NCBI GenBank assembly: GCA_030141605.1
Contig: JAQGDQ010000001.1
Span: forward strand, 992,001 to 1,056,000
Length of the DNA: 64,000 nucleotides
Direction: 5' to 3'
From: Tubiluchus corallicola
Taxonomy: Eukaryota; Animalia; Priapulida
Shown here: piece by piece, positions 13,521 through 26,786 of the stretch
How the letters are laid out: every line of letters starts with the position of its first letter
Position numbering within the stretch: position 1 is the stretch's first letter
Notes under the pieces: generated by a model
Databases searched by the model: none
The model's input: the letters and a program-made list of their open reading frames with translations, nothing else
Told to the model about the DNA's origin: nothing
Translations under genes and position numbers: made by a program

Positions 13521-15207
13521 TTAAACACCCAAAGCAGGAAAATCCTCTTCTAAACTATGGTAAGACTGGTGAGCATTTATGTCGCTGCTGCTGAGGACTT
13601 GTTGACAGCTGAAGCAGACGCTAAAATTATTTGGTATCCAAGCATTACTCTGTGAGACTTGATGTTTGACTATGGTTCTATGGGCACACAGAAGTTCCTG
13701 TTGGCGCTTTATGTCAGGCAACAGTGTCAATAATTCCGGAAAAATATTGTTAAAATTACTATTGCCGAATAGCTGCTGACAATTTCCATAGTATTCCTTT
13801 GCTGTAATTATGCCCTGACGAAATTGTCCCGACTGCGATTTAAACTCTGCAAATTTTTCTTCCTCAAAGCCTAAAGCCTCCCTGATGTTAAATATGAGCT
13901 GCAGGTTACGCTGCTTGTAGTTTGGTGGCTGAATGTAGTCCGGAGGATTACAGCTAACAACAGCATTGGTCCCATTAGTCATAATCATACTAGGCATAGA
14001 ATTCATATTAGTTGTGATTGTTACTGTTGTGTTTTCAAAAGGCACAGAAGAGGAAACAGGGCACAAACCTGGGGGAGCACGAGGGCCAAAGCCGGGTGGC
14101 GGTTCCTGTGCAGATGAAGGTGGAGGTGTGGTTATTGTAATGGAAGACAAGCCAGGAAAGTTTTCAGAAGTCGGGGACAATTGTACAGAAATACTGCGTG
14201 CAAAGCGCGGACGATTTTGTGGCAAATTGGGAAAGTCGTCTTCTGAATATACATCGGGAGTCCCACTATCAAATGATGAATTCAAGTTTTCTTGACTAAC
14301 AGAGGTTCGCAATGTGAAAGCAGGTGGACGGTTTTTACGCACTAAACTACCATTGCTACCTTTCCTCTCATCTCTTGTCCCATTTTGAGTTGGTCTCAAT
14401 TTAGTTTTGACTGATATAGTGCTCAAGCTTTCATTTGAGCTGTGGCTATCTCCACTAGAATTTTTGCCGAGTACTGGAAAATCATTAGAATCTAGCGAGC
14501 GTGTGCGATTGGGACTCTGCAGGGTTTTACGTTTGACATTTACAGTAACACTGTGTGACGCCTTTGGACTATTGGCTCCTAGTCCAGGAAAGTCATCAAG
14601 TGAATCAAGCTTCATTTCTAAGCTATTTTGTCTATGTTGCAAACATAACTTTGGGTTTGGAGGTTTTCTTGTCACTGTAATGTTTCCCGCTGGCTTAGAT
14701 GGCTTTCGCGATTTAGTCATTTCAGTTGTAGCACCACCAAAGAAACTTTTGTCTGTTTTAGGTTGTGGATTTTTATGTATCTTCCCACCAGGAGCAGCAC
14801 CAAGAGTTGGGAATTCTTCAGACAACTGACGTTGTAGGCCTGGTATATGCTTATTTTTACTTTCGCTTGGTTTCTTGTTTTTGATCCAATCTGCTACAGA
14901 TGCAAGTCCTGTGCTGCTTGCTGATGAGCTCCCTAGAGCTGGGAAATCTGAACTATCATCATCTGTTATGTTAAACCTGTTGATTCCTGCCAGTCGCTTT
15001 GCTATTGTTTCCACAGCAGCTTTCTTTTTTGAAGCTAAGCCAGGATCTTGAGGTGGCACAGGTGGTGGAACATTCTGCCCACTGTGACTTAAATACGGAA
15101 AATTTTCACTAGAACTATCTCCGGCATCAGGTGTTTGCTGTGTTTTGTGTGCCTCAGCTTCTGATGATGAAAGAGCCAATGCTAGGTTTACATTAGCTTC
15201 AGACTGC
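13521..15207 (-). CDS. ZNF598: ZNF598-like E3 ubiquitin ligase, exon 6 (last): low-complexity tail, PPPGF motif, C-terminal domain and zinc finger
   Basis: Acceptor tatacag|G CAG TCT at 15207 (phase 2, matches exon 5). Contains PPNYKQRNLQLI..FAEFKSQSGQFRQG..IFPELLTLLPDIKRQQELL, CFSC..HQSYH and terminal EEDFPALGV; stop at 13521-13523. Confidence 0.9.
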
Positions 15208-15935
15208 CTGTATAAAGGTGAAACAGCAACATTCAGAATTATGGCAGTATCAATGACAAATACTGTGTTTAAAAATTAGTAGTACAAGTTGTGCTTGGGC
15301 AAACTGAAATGAAGTAAATAATGCATTGAAAGTTTGCATAACATATGGTTTAGGAGTAAGCACTACAAAAAAGTTTCTGTATCAACTAACACACCAATCA
15401 AGAAAATGCTGATATATGAGCTTTAAATTTCTTTGTAACACAACAGCTTTTTTTGTGAAGGATCACAGTGAGGACATGAAAAGAGCAGAGTGGTCAGTGC
15501 ATGGATTGTTCATTGTCAGACTTGATGCTCACTTTCAGCATTTCCATTCGCCAAACATATTCTTCTGTTTACCTAGCAGAGGGAGGAGGCATTCACGTCC
15601 GAATGCCGATTCAGAGCCTCATCTTAGGGACAAGCCTTGGTAGTGAGCTAGGTTTTGGTCTCTCCATAATAATCCAAATTAAGTAATTATTGCCATTGAG
15701 ATTTAGCACTGTTGAATGACAGATTTGGGCTGTGCCGAACTGTACAGAAAATTTAATTAATTAATTTCTTCCAGTAGCACATCAGCATAAACACTGAATA
15801 TACATACATATATATATACGTATACATATATATATATACAATTATACGTACAAATATAATTTATAAAATTGTATGTATTTATACACACGCACGCACATAT
15901 ATCATAAATAAAGAATTATAATAGTAATAAAATAC

Positions 15936-16044
15936 CTGTCATTATCATACTGTTGATTATAGTCATACTGCCTTCCACGACTAAACCTCCCCGGTCTGCT
16001 AGTATTATTTCGGCTAGCTTGATCATAATCTGGACGGGCAGTAC
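15936..16044 (-). CDS. ZNF598: ZNF598-like, exon 5
   Basis: ttttggtag|GT ACT GCC..GAC AG|gtattt; 109 nt, phase 1 to 2, open frame (GTARPDYDQASRNNTSRPGRFSRGRQYDYNQQYDNDR). Needed to join exon 4 to exon 6 in frame. Confidence 0.75.
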
Positions 16045-16379
16045 CTACCAAAACAAAGTTTGAAATCAATTATAAGATCATTTACTAAAGATCAAACATA
16101 CACATTGAACAACATACAGCTGTTTACACGAAAAATGATGATACAAGAAATATAATTCCCAGGTGTCTCAGACTATTTCACATCACGAAAAAGTTAATTT
16201 TAAATTTGTAATGACTGAAATTAAATAAGGAATGCAAACTCATTAAACATGCCCAGATTATGTTTACTTTTTTGCTGGTGTTTACTTGCTGATCAGAAAA
16301 TAACCAAAGGTTTTAATAAAATTATGAAGATTGCATCTCAAAACCACTTAGAAATAATTCAGTTTTACAAATTATTTAC

Positions 16380-16639
16380 CAGAAAATCTATTGCCTCTTC
16401 CACTGCGACCATCACCATGGCGATTTCCATCCTGATTTCTTGTAAACGTAAACTCTAATTCAAGTGTTCGGGCTTGTCGAGACTGGAGCTTATTCCTTCC
16501 CTTTCCATGCTCCTTAGCTTTATGAGCTTTCAAGTCAATTTCTGAGCGAAACACACTGGTGAATTTCTCCTCAATGCAGTCGTCTTCTTCACACAAGTAA
16601 TGTTCATCACGAAAGTGATCTCGCAACACATTGTAATCA
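16380..16639 (-). CDS. ZNF598: ZNF598-like, exon 4 (zinc finger)
   Basis: ttgcag|T GAT TAC..TCT G|gtaaat; DYNVLRDHFRDEHYLCEEDDC..FRSEIDLKAHKAKEH. Confidence 0.9.
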
Positions 16640-16992
16640 CTGCAATCAAAGGTCACAAAATGAAAACCCCAAATCGTTTTCCAGTTTATTTGCCTGCCTA
16701 TCAATTATGCAGAATAAAAAGTATTGTTCCTTATAATATACAAGATCTTCGTTAAATGATTCACTGTCAACTTATACTTGTTGTGCCGTGTAGCATCCAC
16801 TCGAATGTTTACAGCATGAGTTTAAAAATTCCAGCCCATCATTGCTGCACTTCCCTACAAGCGACTGAATGCATCTAAAGAGGACTGCTTTGAGTTGTTT
16901 TTAACGATTTGCATCTACTGGCTTCAAATCATTTTCAATTGCTTGACTAGATCTCAAGTCTTTTTGATATTTTGTTGTCAGCTTTACTGAAT

Positions 16993-17880
16993 GTAGGTAA
17001 AAATCGCACACAAAAAAATGGTACAGGAAAAATGGCACAAATGAAGAGGTAGGTAAAAATGGCACAGGAAAAAATTGGCACACTTAATAAAATATATGTT
17101 TATGGTTAGGGTTCCAGTGGGGGATAATTAATTTAGTTATTTTTACTTCTGCCAAGGTAGTTATGCTTCAACACAGTTTGTGTGTTTGTTTTGGTTTTTT
17201 GTCTAACAGATTTCCAAGAATTTTTGCGAATGAAGGTGGGTTTAGGGTATCAAATTAGGAATGTTTTTGCCGGTTCTTTTTTGGCAAAATTTGACTGAAC
17301 ACCAACACATTTGACTGTACAAAAAAATTCGTGAAGCATTTCATGTAGGTCTCAAAGGGAGTGCTTAGTACTTATATTTTGTTATATCCACCTGAACAAA
17401 CATCTACGTGTTAGTTCCAGTTCCATTTCAAGAAATTCTTGTTTCTAAAACTGTTTAACGCTGTCTATAATCTTTGCTTATTAATGAGTTTAGCCTTATA
17501 AGGTGACTTGATACGTACATATTTGTCACTCTATTACCATTACTAAAATTAATGGTTAAAAGGTAGATGAACACTATGTGGAACAGTCACAGAAGAATTA
17601 TTATAAATTTATTTAATGAACAAATATTCTGTAAGCTTTTTGCTAGTCTGTATAATACCAATACAGGTACATTTATGTATGTTTGCTTGTTCACCTTTAT
17701 GTTAAAATTTTTTAATCAAAAGAATCAGATGAATAAGCTTAGGATTGTTCAGCTTTGGCAGAGATCTGCTTCCTACTGCGTGCAGTCTAATTCGATTATA
17801 AAAATCAATTGCATCAAAATAACATATAAATAAAATAACATTTTTTCATACTTTTCCATTCGTGCCATTTTTTCCTGTTT
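16993..17880. mobile_element. Composite non-autonomous element, copy 1 (AAAATGGCACA-repeat termini with nested Helitron-like unit at about 17145-17790)
   Basis: Collinear with 30627-31530. Inner unit begins tctgccaaggtagttatgc and ends ttggcagagatctgcttcctactg..tctaa. Confidence 0.7.
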
Positions 17881-18062
17881 TGTTAGTACCTTGTGACCCT
17901 TGCTCATTGATTGTTCAGTGACTTCATCTTGCACAATCAGCTTGTTACTAACCTGTTTGATTCACTAGTTTTGTACTTAAACTATTGCATTTTTGAGGTG
18001 TGTTGTCAGTTGCCTGCCTGTTGGTATGAAAGTCAATACTGATCTTAGCTATTTCTGCAGAT

Positions 18063-18299
18063 TAGTGGTTCTCAACCTTTTTAGCCCATGGCTCATTTGG
18101 CTTTTGCAAGAAAACTATGGACTACAATTGACTTTGGGCACACTGATTAAAAAATGAGAAAAAAATACTGAAATGAAGCTGTCACCGGAAGAGTTGTTTT
18201 GCCTACATCATTTTCCACTCTTTGACAGAATCTTCCCTAATTTCACAAAAACAAGAATTCTTTTATCGGACTGCGTGGCGCACAGGTTGGAAACTGTTG
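18063..18299. mobile_element. Degenerate hAT/Charlie (MER5-like) MITE
   Basis: tagtggttctcaacc ... ggttggaaactgttg resembles the CAGTGGTTCTCAACC TIR; flanks ctgcagat / tcgtagat. Confidence 0.5.
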
Positions 18300-18991
18300 T
18301 CGTAGATAATTGATAGCTAATATATTTTTGCATGACAACAATGATAATAGGTGTAGTCGACTATTTTGGTAAAATTTAGTTTTTTAATGTAATTTTACTT
18401 TGGGTTAAAAATTTTGGTTTTAACTAGTACTGATTATTTCAGCTATGATTGTCATCATCTTACCACTGCACGTTTGAACTCTCTTGTGGTGCCTATAAAT
18501 TCTGGTCATTTCTACCTCTCAATATTTTTGCAGCAAATAAAGGTACCACAGAGGAAACAATCTACTAACATATTTTGCCATTGATGCAGTGCAGTGCACT
18601 CTCATCTCTTACCATTTGCACTCTCTCATCTTACCATCGAAACTCAGCTATAATAAAGATCCTACCTTTTACTTCGTGCCTAACTTAATCTAACCATGTG
18701 GATGCGTTTTTCCATTACTACTGTCACATGTTCACTGAATGACAAGTTTTTACACAATCATGTTACAAGTGCATATGCTAAAGACGTATGCAGTTTTGGC
18801 ACATGATATTCTCAACAATTTTTTATTTTAAGATCTATGGGCCAGAAAGATTAGCGGCAATCCAAAAGTTCAACATCACTTATTTTTACTTGGCAGTTCT
18901 AAATGTCCAACAAAAATATGCTATTTTTAAATGCCTTTCATAGATTCAAACTGTTGACTGTCAGGATGAAAAACAGACATAGTAATAATAC

Positions 18992-19203
18992 CTGTAGTAT
19001 TTATAGAGACCATCGGCATCACAGAAGTGGCAGAAGAAATGTTCTCTGCGAAGGTGTCTATATAACTCATCGCTATCAAGATATCGTTCATCACAGAATT
19101 CACACAGTGGATGGCCCTTGTGCGAGGTGTCATCCTCGTCACCTTGCCGCCTGTGAATAGCTAGCTGCTTCCGAGTGTATGTTTTCCGTTCATGTGTAAA
19201 TAA
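18992..19203 (-). CDS. ZNF598: ZNF598-like, exon 3 (C2H2 zinc fingers)
   Basis: ttcacag|TTA TTT ACA..TAC AG|gtatta; LFTHERKTYTRKQLAIHRRQGDEDDTSHKGHPLCEFCDERYLDSDELYRHLRREHFFCHFCD is the ZNF598/Hel2 signature region. Confidence 0.92.
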
Positions 19204-19264
19204 CTGTGAAAAACAAACTATTATGGTAACAGACCAACAGATTTTGGTATGTTCCATTGTACAC

Positions 19265-19904
19265 CAGTCGCGGCTCGTGTACACGCATTGTGGAACTGCA
19301 GTACCCCTTATTTTCACTCTATATTATCGATAATATTTAATATAACGAGTCTTTCTTCTTTGATTCTTTCTTTACACTAGTACGGAACCACAGCACGTGA
19401 CGGAACTGTGCGCTTCACAGGCCCAGTCACTGTGCACTCAACTCCAGCAGCGTAGTGTTTGGCCGTTGTGCGATTGCGACCATGCCCACATATCTGAGAT
19501 AAGACACTGCACTCTAGGTAGAGAGAGAGCATTGTCGCTCACGCAGTGTGTGTTGTCAGTTGTTATATGCATAAAAAACATGCGCTGGTATATTGAATCC
19601 TGAAGGAGCACTATGAATCTCGAAAAACTAAGTGCACTTGCAGTGCTTGCAGTTGCAAAAAGTTTCGTCAATAGTTATCGAGAGATCAAAGAGAAAAAAT
19701 TATTAATCGTGCAAAATCAAACAAGAAATGGATTTCATTTTTAAATGAATGGTTTATGTATTAATTTTCGTATGTTCATTTGTTTAAAATTACGATTACA
19801 AGTTACAACATTAAAATTACATACATTTGTTTTGTTTTATACAGTATTAAAAAAAATTTTTCTGAAGTAGCACCCCCATTAATTTTAGCTACGAGACGCC
19901 ACTG
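19265..19904. mobile_element. hAT-type MITE
   Basis: TIR CAGTCGCGGCTCGT / ACGAGACGCCACTG (2 mismatches); 8-bp TSD ttgtacac (19257-19264) / ttgcacac (19905-19912). Confidence 0.7.
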
Positions 19905-20183
19905 TTGCACACAAATAATTTTATATTAAATACATTCAAAGTAGTTAAGCATTAATCAGTCAGATAGCTTGAGTGTTCGTCTAATGTCTAAGTACTCTAA
20001 GTAATGTCTAAGTAAGTCTTTTGTAGTAAACTCACTTGACTTGTACTCCCATGGTACGTACACTGACATGTATGCATGCTACTAGACATATTAGTAAATT
20101 TACATCAACATGCTAGTAATTACTATAAAAGTAAAAGTAAATTGCACATATTAAAAAATAACCTGCACGACAAGATAACAAAC

Positions 20184-20429
20184 CTTTAGATGCCTGAGGC
20201 AAATATCACAGTAAAAGAGATCATGTTCTCTTCGAAGGTGGTCCCGAAGAAGTGGCAGATTGCGATCGGGTCGGCGGTCCTTGCATAGGTGGCACTTGTG
20301 TTGAAGAAGTTCACGATATGTTTGTTGTACGGCTTCATTTGTAAAATAAATACCGTACCTTTTTTCGCCCAGAAATGCTTTCAGGCTGGGAAATTCCTCA
20401 AAGGGACGCACTCGTTTGGTGATAATAAT
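20184..20429 (-). CDS. ZNF598: ZNF598-like, exon 2
   Basis: gtacag|ATT ATT ATC..CTA AAG|gtttgt; 246 nt, phase 0/0; CHLC..LRDHLRREHDLFYCDICLRHLK. Confidence 0.9.
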
Positions 20430-21929
20430 CTGTACATAACAGTAAGATAATGAATAAATATATCACTTTAACACAAAAATACAGCAAAGCTCAGAACTCC
20501 TACACTTGAGCAAGATCAAAAGAAAAATACCAACTAATAAATTTTACCCATTAACAACCATAACCTGAGGCCTAAGTTGACTTCTTAAAAAGATGAGGCC
20601 TAAGTTGACTTCTTACAAATTTTCTGGTGGTACTTCCCGTTGGCTACATACATTTTATTTAGGTTGCCAATACCAGATCATCAGTTTGGAGCAAATAATA
20701 AATAATACATAATACTGCATCTTTCCAGGACTCAGAACAGAATAAAAAATAAGCAGATAATGAGCAGCAACCCAACATTAATTTGGTATGAAGTAATTAA
20801 GCATTTTAATAATCAACGTTTACTAGCTTAGCATTTTAATGATCAGCTTACAGACATGAGCCCAGAAAAACAAGTCAGCATGTTAATCAAAAATGCCCCC
20901 GACTAAAGTCAAAAATGTGTGTGAAGCTCAGCTTCTCCACTGATGGTAAGCCCATGTGGTGATACAGTGCAATGGTATACATAAACAGAGACTGGGTTCT
21001 AAAATAAGCACTCGTGTGAACCATTTACACACACGTTAGAAACAAACATTAAAGAAGCACAAGTGAACTCTCACAGCAAGCAATTATTTATCAACAACAA
21101 GGCACTGTCTGATAATCTGACTCAATCAAGTGCTGGTTGATCTTAGTTATAAATGCTAAAAGAATTTCACACAGTTAGAAAATAGTCCAATTATGATATT
21201 GCTGCTCATAAATCTTAAATTTGCTTTAAACTACGAAAACATGTACACACATAGAGCCAGTCTGATTTTTCTCCTTTTGTGCCTGATTTAAAGAACCACT
21301 GAACAGTTTCCTATGCATACAAAAAATTTAGCATGTAGAAATAGGGAAGTTATATGCTCAGAGCTCATTTCAGCAATGATATATCAGTTGTTGAGTACTA
21401 ATTTACAACTACTTGTTCTTGTACCTGGGCTATCACAAAATTTTTGTATAAATTAGTCATTGATCGAAAGACATTTGACTTTTTAATACTCGTTAAAAGT
21501 TCAAATAAGTTTATTACAAAATTAATTTAATTTTGAAGGTTACCTTATGTTAAATTACATACAGCTTAGTTATTCTTTAGTCACTGCAAAATGAACAAAG
21601 CTACATTAAAATACAGTTCTCCAAATGTTATTACTTAACAAGTAATGGATGTAGTATTTACCCTAGCTTTAGGATTCTACTATTGCAAACTCAAGCTGTT
21701 TGTTACCAGGCAGACTTTAATAAAACACACATACACAGGTTATAACTTGTGGCAAAGCTACTGCCATGTGCTGTAGCCGTATGCCAAAACTTCATTTTAT
21801 AAGGTTGTTAAAAGTTTTCAAAGTGAGCATTCGTGTCATACGTGCAGAGTGCAAGTTTGGATACACTTGTTGTGTAAAGAGATTTTCTGTCACAGAGATT
21901 AAAGGGTACTTACACCTGCTAATTTCAAA

Positions 21930-22195
21930 AGCGCAATTTTCACTATTGAAATCTGCATTATGGAAATCTAAATAGCTTAGCATATAATTAGCAAAACTAA
22001 ATGATTAATGAATGGTGAAATGCATGTAACAGAGAAGAACTAGCTGCACAAACCCAAAATTACTAATCTGTGGTTAAAATATCCCTTACACAAATAATTA
22101 TTGAAAAAAAAACGTATGCTCCTTTTTTAATATTTTATGGGATAAATTGTACTGAGCTATACTTTAATAAAATGGGATCCGGTTTTTCTTCAACA
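21930..22195. repeat. Dispersed repeat fragment shared with about 59890-60169
   Basis: aaatgcatgtaacagagaagaactagc..gggatccggtttttctt versus aaatgcatgtaacagcgaaaaactagc..gggtccggttctgcttt. Confidence 0.55.
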
Positions 22196-23770
22196 TTTGC
22201 CAAAGAAAAACTATGACCATTAAAGCCTTTCAAAATCTCTCTATATTAACCACTCAAAAATTTCCTGTTGTAGTTACTATAGACAGCCAGCTAAAAAATT
22301 AAGAGATCTGTTGTAAGACTTCTAAACCAATGCACACAGAAAGTGTCAGAAGCCCAAAGACAAAATGAGCACCGTTACAGTGCAACACAGTAAAAGAGTT
22401 TAAATCATAATCTTTTACTTTCGCTTAGATAAAGATGAAACAGAATTCTGTATCTTTTGTTAGCAAAAACTCTTACTATTTCTAAAGAACGTCATTGGGC
22501 AAATTGAAATTCATTGCAAATTATCAAGTCCTTTATAGGTCTTTGTAAAAGTTTTAGTTTACTTTTAGACATCACTTTGATAAGATTTATAACAGTGTGC
22601 TGAATTAAAATGCAGTATAATGTAGAAAAAAGTTAAAATGACCAATATTTTGTTAAACATTACCATAAGCTACTTTTCTAGACCTACAATGGCAATGGAT
22701 GATAAGAATGGAGTTAGAATGTGTGACTATCTATTACTGCAAGCAATTAAAAACTATTATGAATAATCACTTGAGAGCATAAATAGGAAAAAATGTTGCA
22801 CGACTTTTTTACAATCAAGGTCAAAGTAATTCTCGAGGATTGTACACTGAAATTTATTATGCCAGACCTGCACATTTTATTAATTTGCGTAGATGCACAT
22901 TTTCACGAGTATGGCCATTAAATTTTATCGGTCACATGGGTGGACAAGTTTGGCAATCACAAACATGTAATAAAAAAGTATAAATATATGTATACAGTTA
23001 TACACGCACGCACGCACGCACATACACACACACCCACACACACAGTCGAATCCCAGTAATACGATTCGGCTTATAACGAAATCATCAATAGCACGATGAT
23101 TTTATTATATCCCTGTCAAGGTTGTAACAAAACCAATGTAATCACATATGGCTACTACACTACAAAACTTGTTATTATAAAACCCTGTTTTTTATGACCT
23201 ATTCTCAAACTTCTGCCAATATAATTACAACATAAATAAATATATGTAATACCATTTTCAGTCTAATGATTACTGATTAATGACTTATCTTAAAATGTTT
23301 CTAAGTTAACTTGCCCAGCCCCTGACCCTTCACCTGCTGTCTGGTGACAATTACCTATAGTTGATTATTTTACTGTGCGAACAAGCTGAGCATTACAATC
23401 ACTTCAAGAAACTAATAACTTGAATTAAATACTAAAATTAGTTTGCACTGTGTGCTATAGTCTAGCCGTAATTTTTTTCTAGGTTCCTAAGCAGTAGCTG
23501 CAAGTTGGTTAAGTACATCAAATAAATCAATGTACTCAGTAATGCTAGTTGAAGTAAATTTTGCTTGCGGTCTCCTGTTTTACGTTTACCAACTTCAACT
23601 AAAATTGGCATTAACAAAATTTTAATTGGTTAATTTTAATTATATTAAATTTAATATTTTAATGTCATTAATTTATTAACAATAACATATATATTTAACT
23701 TCGTTTCACGTGGGAGTTTCATACGTTGAAATGTTAATAAACTTAGTGTGCAATAAATTAGTTTACACAC

Positions 23771-23956
23771 CTTTTCCAGTGTCCGGCGACAAACGGGACA
23801 ATAACTCTCTTGGCACAAAACACGCATCCTAGTCGAACACTCGAAGCATACTGCGTGGTTGCATTCACCGAAGCTGTGCAATTTTATTTCCTTGCAGCAA
23901 ACAATACAATTTTCGTAAAAGGGCACAATATCGTTTATGTGTTTGTTTTTGTACAT
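23771..23956 (-). CDS. ZNF598: ZNF598-like, exon 1 (RING finger)
   Basis: ATG at 23956; CIVC..CNHAVCFECSTRMRVLCQESYCPVC is the ZNF598/Hel2-type RING; donor AAG|gtgtgt. The six exons total 2700 nt (899 aa plus stop). Confidence 0.9.
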
Positions 23957-25924
23957 TTTCACGATAAACTATAATATGGCTTACAGACAGACTATATCAT
24001 AGTTTTCATTTGCGCAAGAATGTTGCAATAGTATAACAGCCATTATACTTTTATCGTATTCGCCTAGGTTTCACAGAACTTGAAAAAGTGTTCGCAAGGT
24101 TTTTCGCACGAGCTTTACAGTAAGACATAAGAACTTTATTTCACACATAATCATAATTTGCCTCTGTAAACAGTTTAATGATTAAACGTTGTGGGAAAGG
24201 GAACGACCATACGGTCGACAGAACGGACTCCCAAAGATAATGCATGTTACTCGATTTTGTTCTGCAGTAAAAACACCAATAATTAGTTTAAAAACTGTAC
24301 ACAGAAACCACAGTTAATTTGCGCTTGTATAATTTTCTAACGTCTAATAACGAAGAGCACAAAATTATGTAGTTGAAGTGATGAATTATTCGAATCTGTA
24401 ATTTAGGTTCAAATCGAATTCGAGCTAAAAAATTTGTTCGAATCGAACTCGAATGTTCGATGCTCACTTCACTCACTCAGCATTAAAATTTATAGTAATT
24501 TGCGCTTAAGTGATAGTTGGCAGCATGATGTGTCGTCCATATTGTTAGCATCTTGACAAGCAATAGACTCAAATTTTGCATTTGGATGGTGTTATACTGC
24601 GAAAAATGTGGCTGCGAATGTAAGAACTAGACAATCTTTGTTCCATGACATTAACTTTGGTAGATGATTTTGAGGTGGTGCGTGTTTCATACTTCTTTTA
24701 TTCAAGGCAAGCGCAGAATACAGTTCAGAGGCTTGTTTAATGGCAGGAATACAGGAAATTTTATTACTTTTCTCTCAGGACTCGGTCTGCCAACTGGTAG
24801 ATATGGCAGAAATTGAGAATCCCTTGCACTCAAGTTTTTACTTGGCAGAGACTGCAACGGTTCCTGTATGCAGTTGGTTTAAGCCGATAGTAATTATTGT
24901 AAGTGGCTTACAGATATACAAATGCTCGAACACTTTTATTTTGCACAGCGATAAATCTTCTATTGCAACAGCGATAAATCTTGTATGCAAAATGTTATAC
25001 CTTCACTAAATTCACTAAAATACCGCCTGTATATTTTTCGCGATGCATCTCCATGTGTAGCCTTCATTGATATATTGGACAGGAAATATCAGTTAAAAAA
25101 CTGGTATTGTCCAACACGTAATAATTTTTGCAACAATTTCAAAATTATCAGACAATGATTTCAAACTACGAAACGTACTCATTCATTTTCTTCAAAGTGA
25201 TCAGCTATTGTTTTGTGGGTTTTCGGCGGACATTCAGGCGGAATTTGTAAATTCTCACTGTTGGTAGTTTTCGCGCAAATGTATAGATTCTCGTGTAGTA
25301 AATTCTGTAGTCCTCAGTTAATGTTAAAATTGGTGATTAGTAATTTAAATTTGCGACAAATCTTGCTAGTTATTAACATATATTTATTTACTACTGCTAT
25401 GTGAGTTAAAGATTATTTCAATTATCTTAGAGTGACGTCCCATTCCAGGGCTTTTACGTAGCTTACTAAGCTCACATTTTTATCATTGTAAATTTTGGAC
25501 GTCCAAACCATGGACGAAATTTGTTTGTCACTTATAGGGTGAAGAAAGTAAAAAGTCATACCCTCTAACCATCATCATTGACCTGCCTAACACCTGTCCA
25601 CCCACTAATGTTACCCACTCACTGCATGTCAATTATATGCGGACCTTCCACATAGTATTTGCATTATCTCTGCATTACACCTCGTAAAACGCCCGACATA
25701 GCATTCCTTGCGTATATTGTTTGCCAATATTTGTTTGCATTTAAACAAACTGTAATGCGATAGAATTTTCTTATAGGAGTAACTATTTATTTTGCACCTA
25801 CGATTATTTACTAAGTCCAAAGGTTTGACATTAGACACCTAGTCAATAATTATGTATACCATCTCCGCATAGTTTAATAAAAGTGCCTAAAGCGCGGAAC
25901 AGATTTTTTTTTATGAAACTGAAA

Positions 25925-26035
25925 ATGGGCTTTACTGCTTTTCAGAAAGAAAGTTTAGATGTACACAATGGGCTGAGAAAAAAACACGGAGTTTCAGCGT
26001 TAACTCTTTCAAAGGAGTTATGCAAATATGCCCAG
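25925..26035 (+). CDS. GLIPR2: CAP/SCP-domain protein, GAPR-1/GLIPR2-like, exon 1
   Basis: MGFTAFQKESLDVHNGLRKKHGVSALTLSKELCKYAQ|gtacg; HNxxRxxHG CAP motif; no signal peptide. Confidence 0.85.
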
Positions 26036-26786
26036 GTACGATTTATGCTTTTAAAAATGACTGGCTTCATCACAATAACGTACCTCTTTTAGCCAGATTC
26101 AAATTCACGTGATTTTTTTACTTGTAGTAAATCAAATATTGGATGAAGATCATACACGTCTATAAGCGAAGAGGAATTTGTTTACAAAAAAGGATTATAA
26201 AAATATAAAAATAAACAATTTTACATGAACGATACTTTAACTTAAACCGAGATGTAAGCCATTTTATAGTCTGTTAATTTTACGCAATGAAAGCGCTGTT
26301 TAACTTAGTTACTTTTGGTATTTTTTTAAAACATTTTGCTGCCCATAAAACAACAACACGAAGGAATTTAAATCCGCGAGCTTGATCGTGTTTACCAGAT
26401 AACTGTGCATGGTCCAGCAGGTTTACTTATGTCAAAAATTGCATTTATTACGCTTACATCTGACTAATCAGTGTGTAAATTGCTTACGAGTAATTATCTG
26501 TGAATGGTCAAAAGCAGTTTGCTCATGTGCCACTGAGCAGTATGCAGTTTTCATTTTTCGAACAGTTAAACAGTTCTAGCTTTTCCAACCATACCGTTAT
26601 TTGACCTCTTACCCGAGGTGTCTATCCAGCAAGTTTCGTGACTGTATTATACTTTTAGAGCTATTCAATGTTGTAAACTGATGCCTGAAACTCGATTTCC
26701 AATGTAAATGACAATTTTCATCGTTAGCCATCATATGAATATGATTATATTTTCATTTGCACACATATATATGGTATGTATAATAG

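Noticed and set aside
13966-14829. Plus-strand ORFs of 109 and 140 aa antisense to ZNF598
   Set aside because: Shadow ORFs of a real coding exon; the same applies to the antisense ORFs over YME1L1, BROX, the SMYD gene and the P450.
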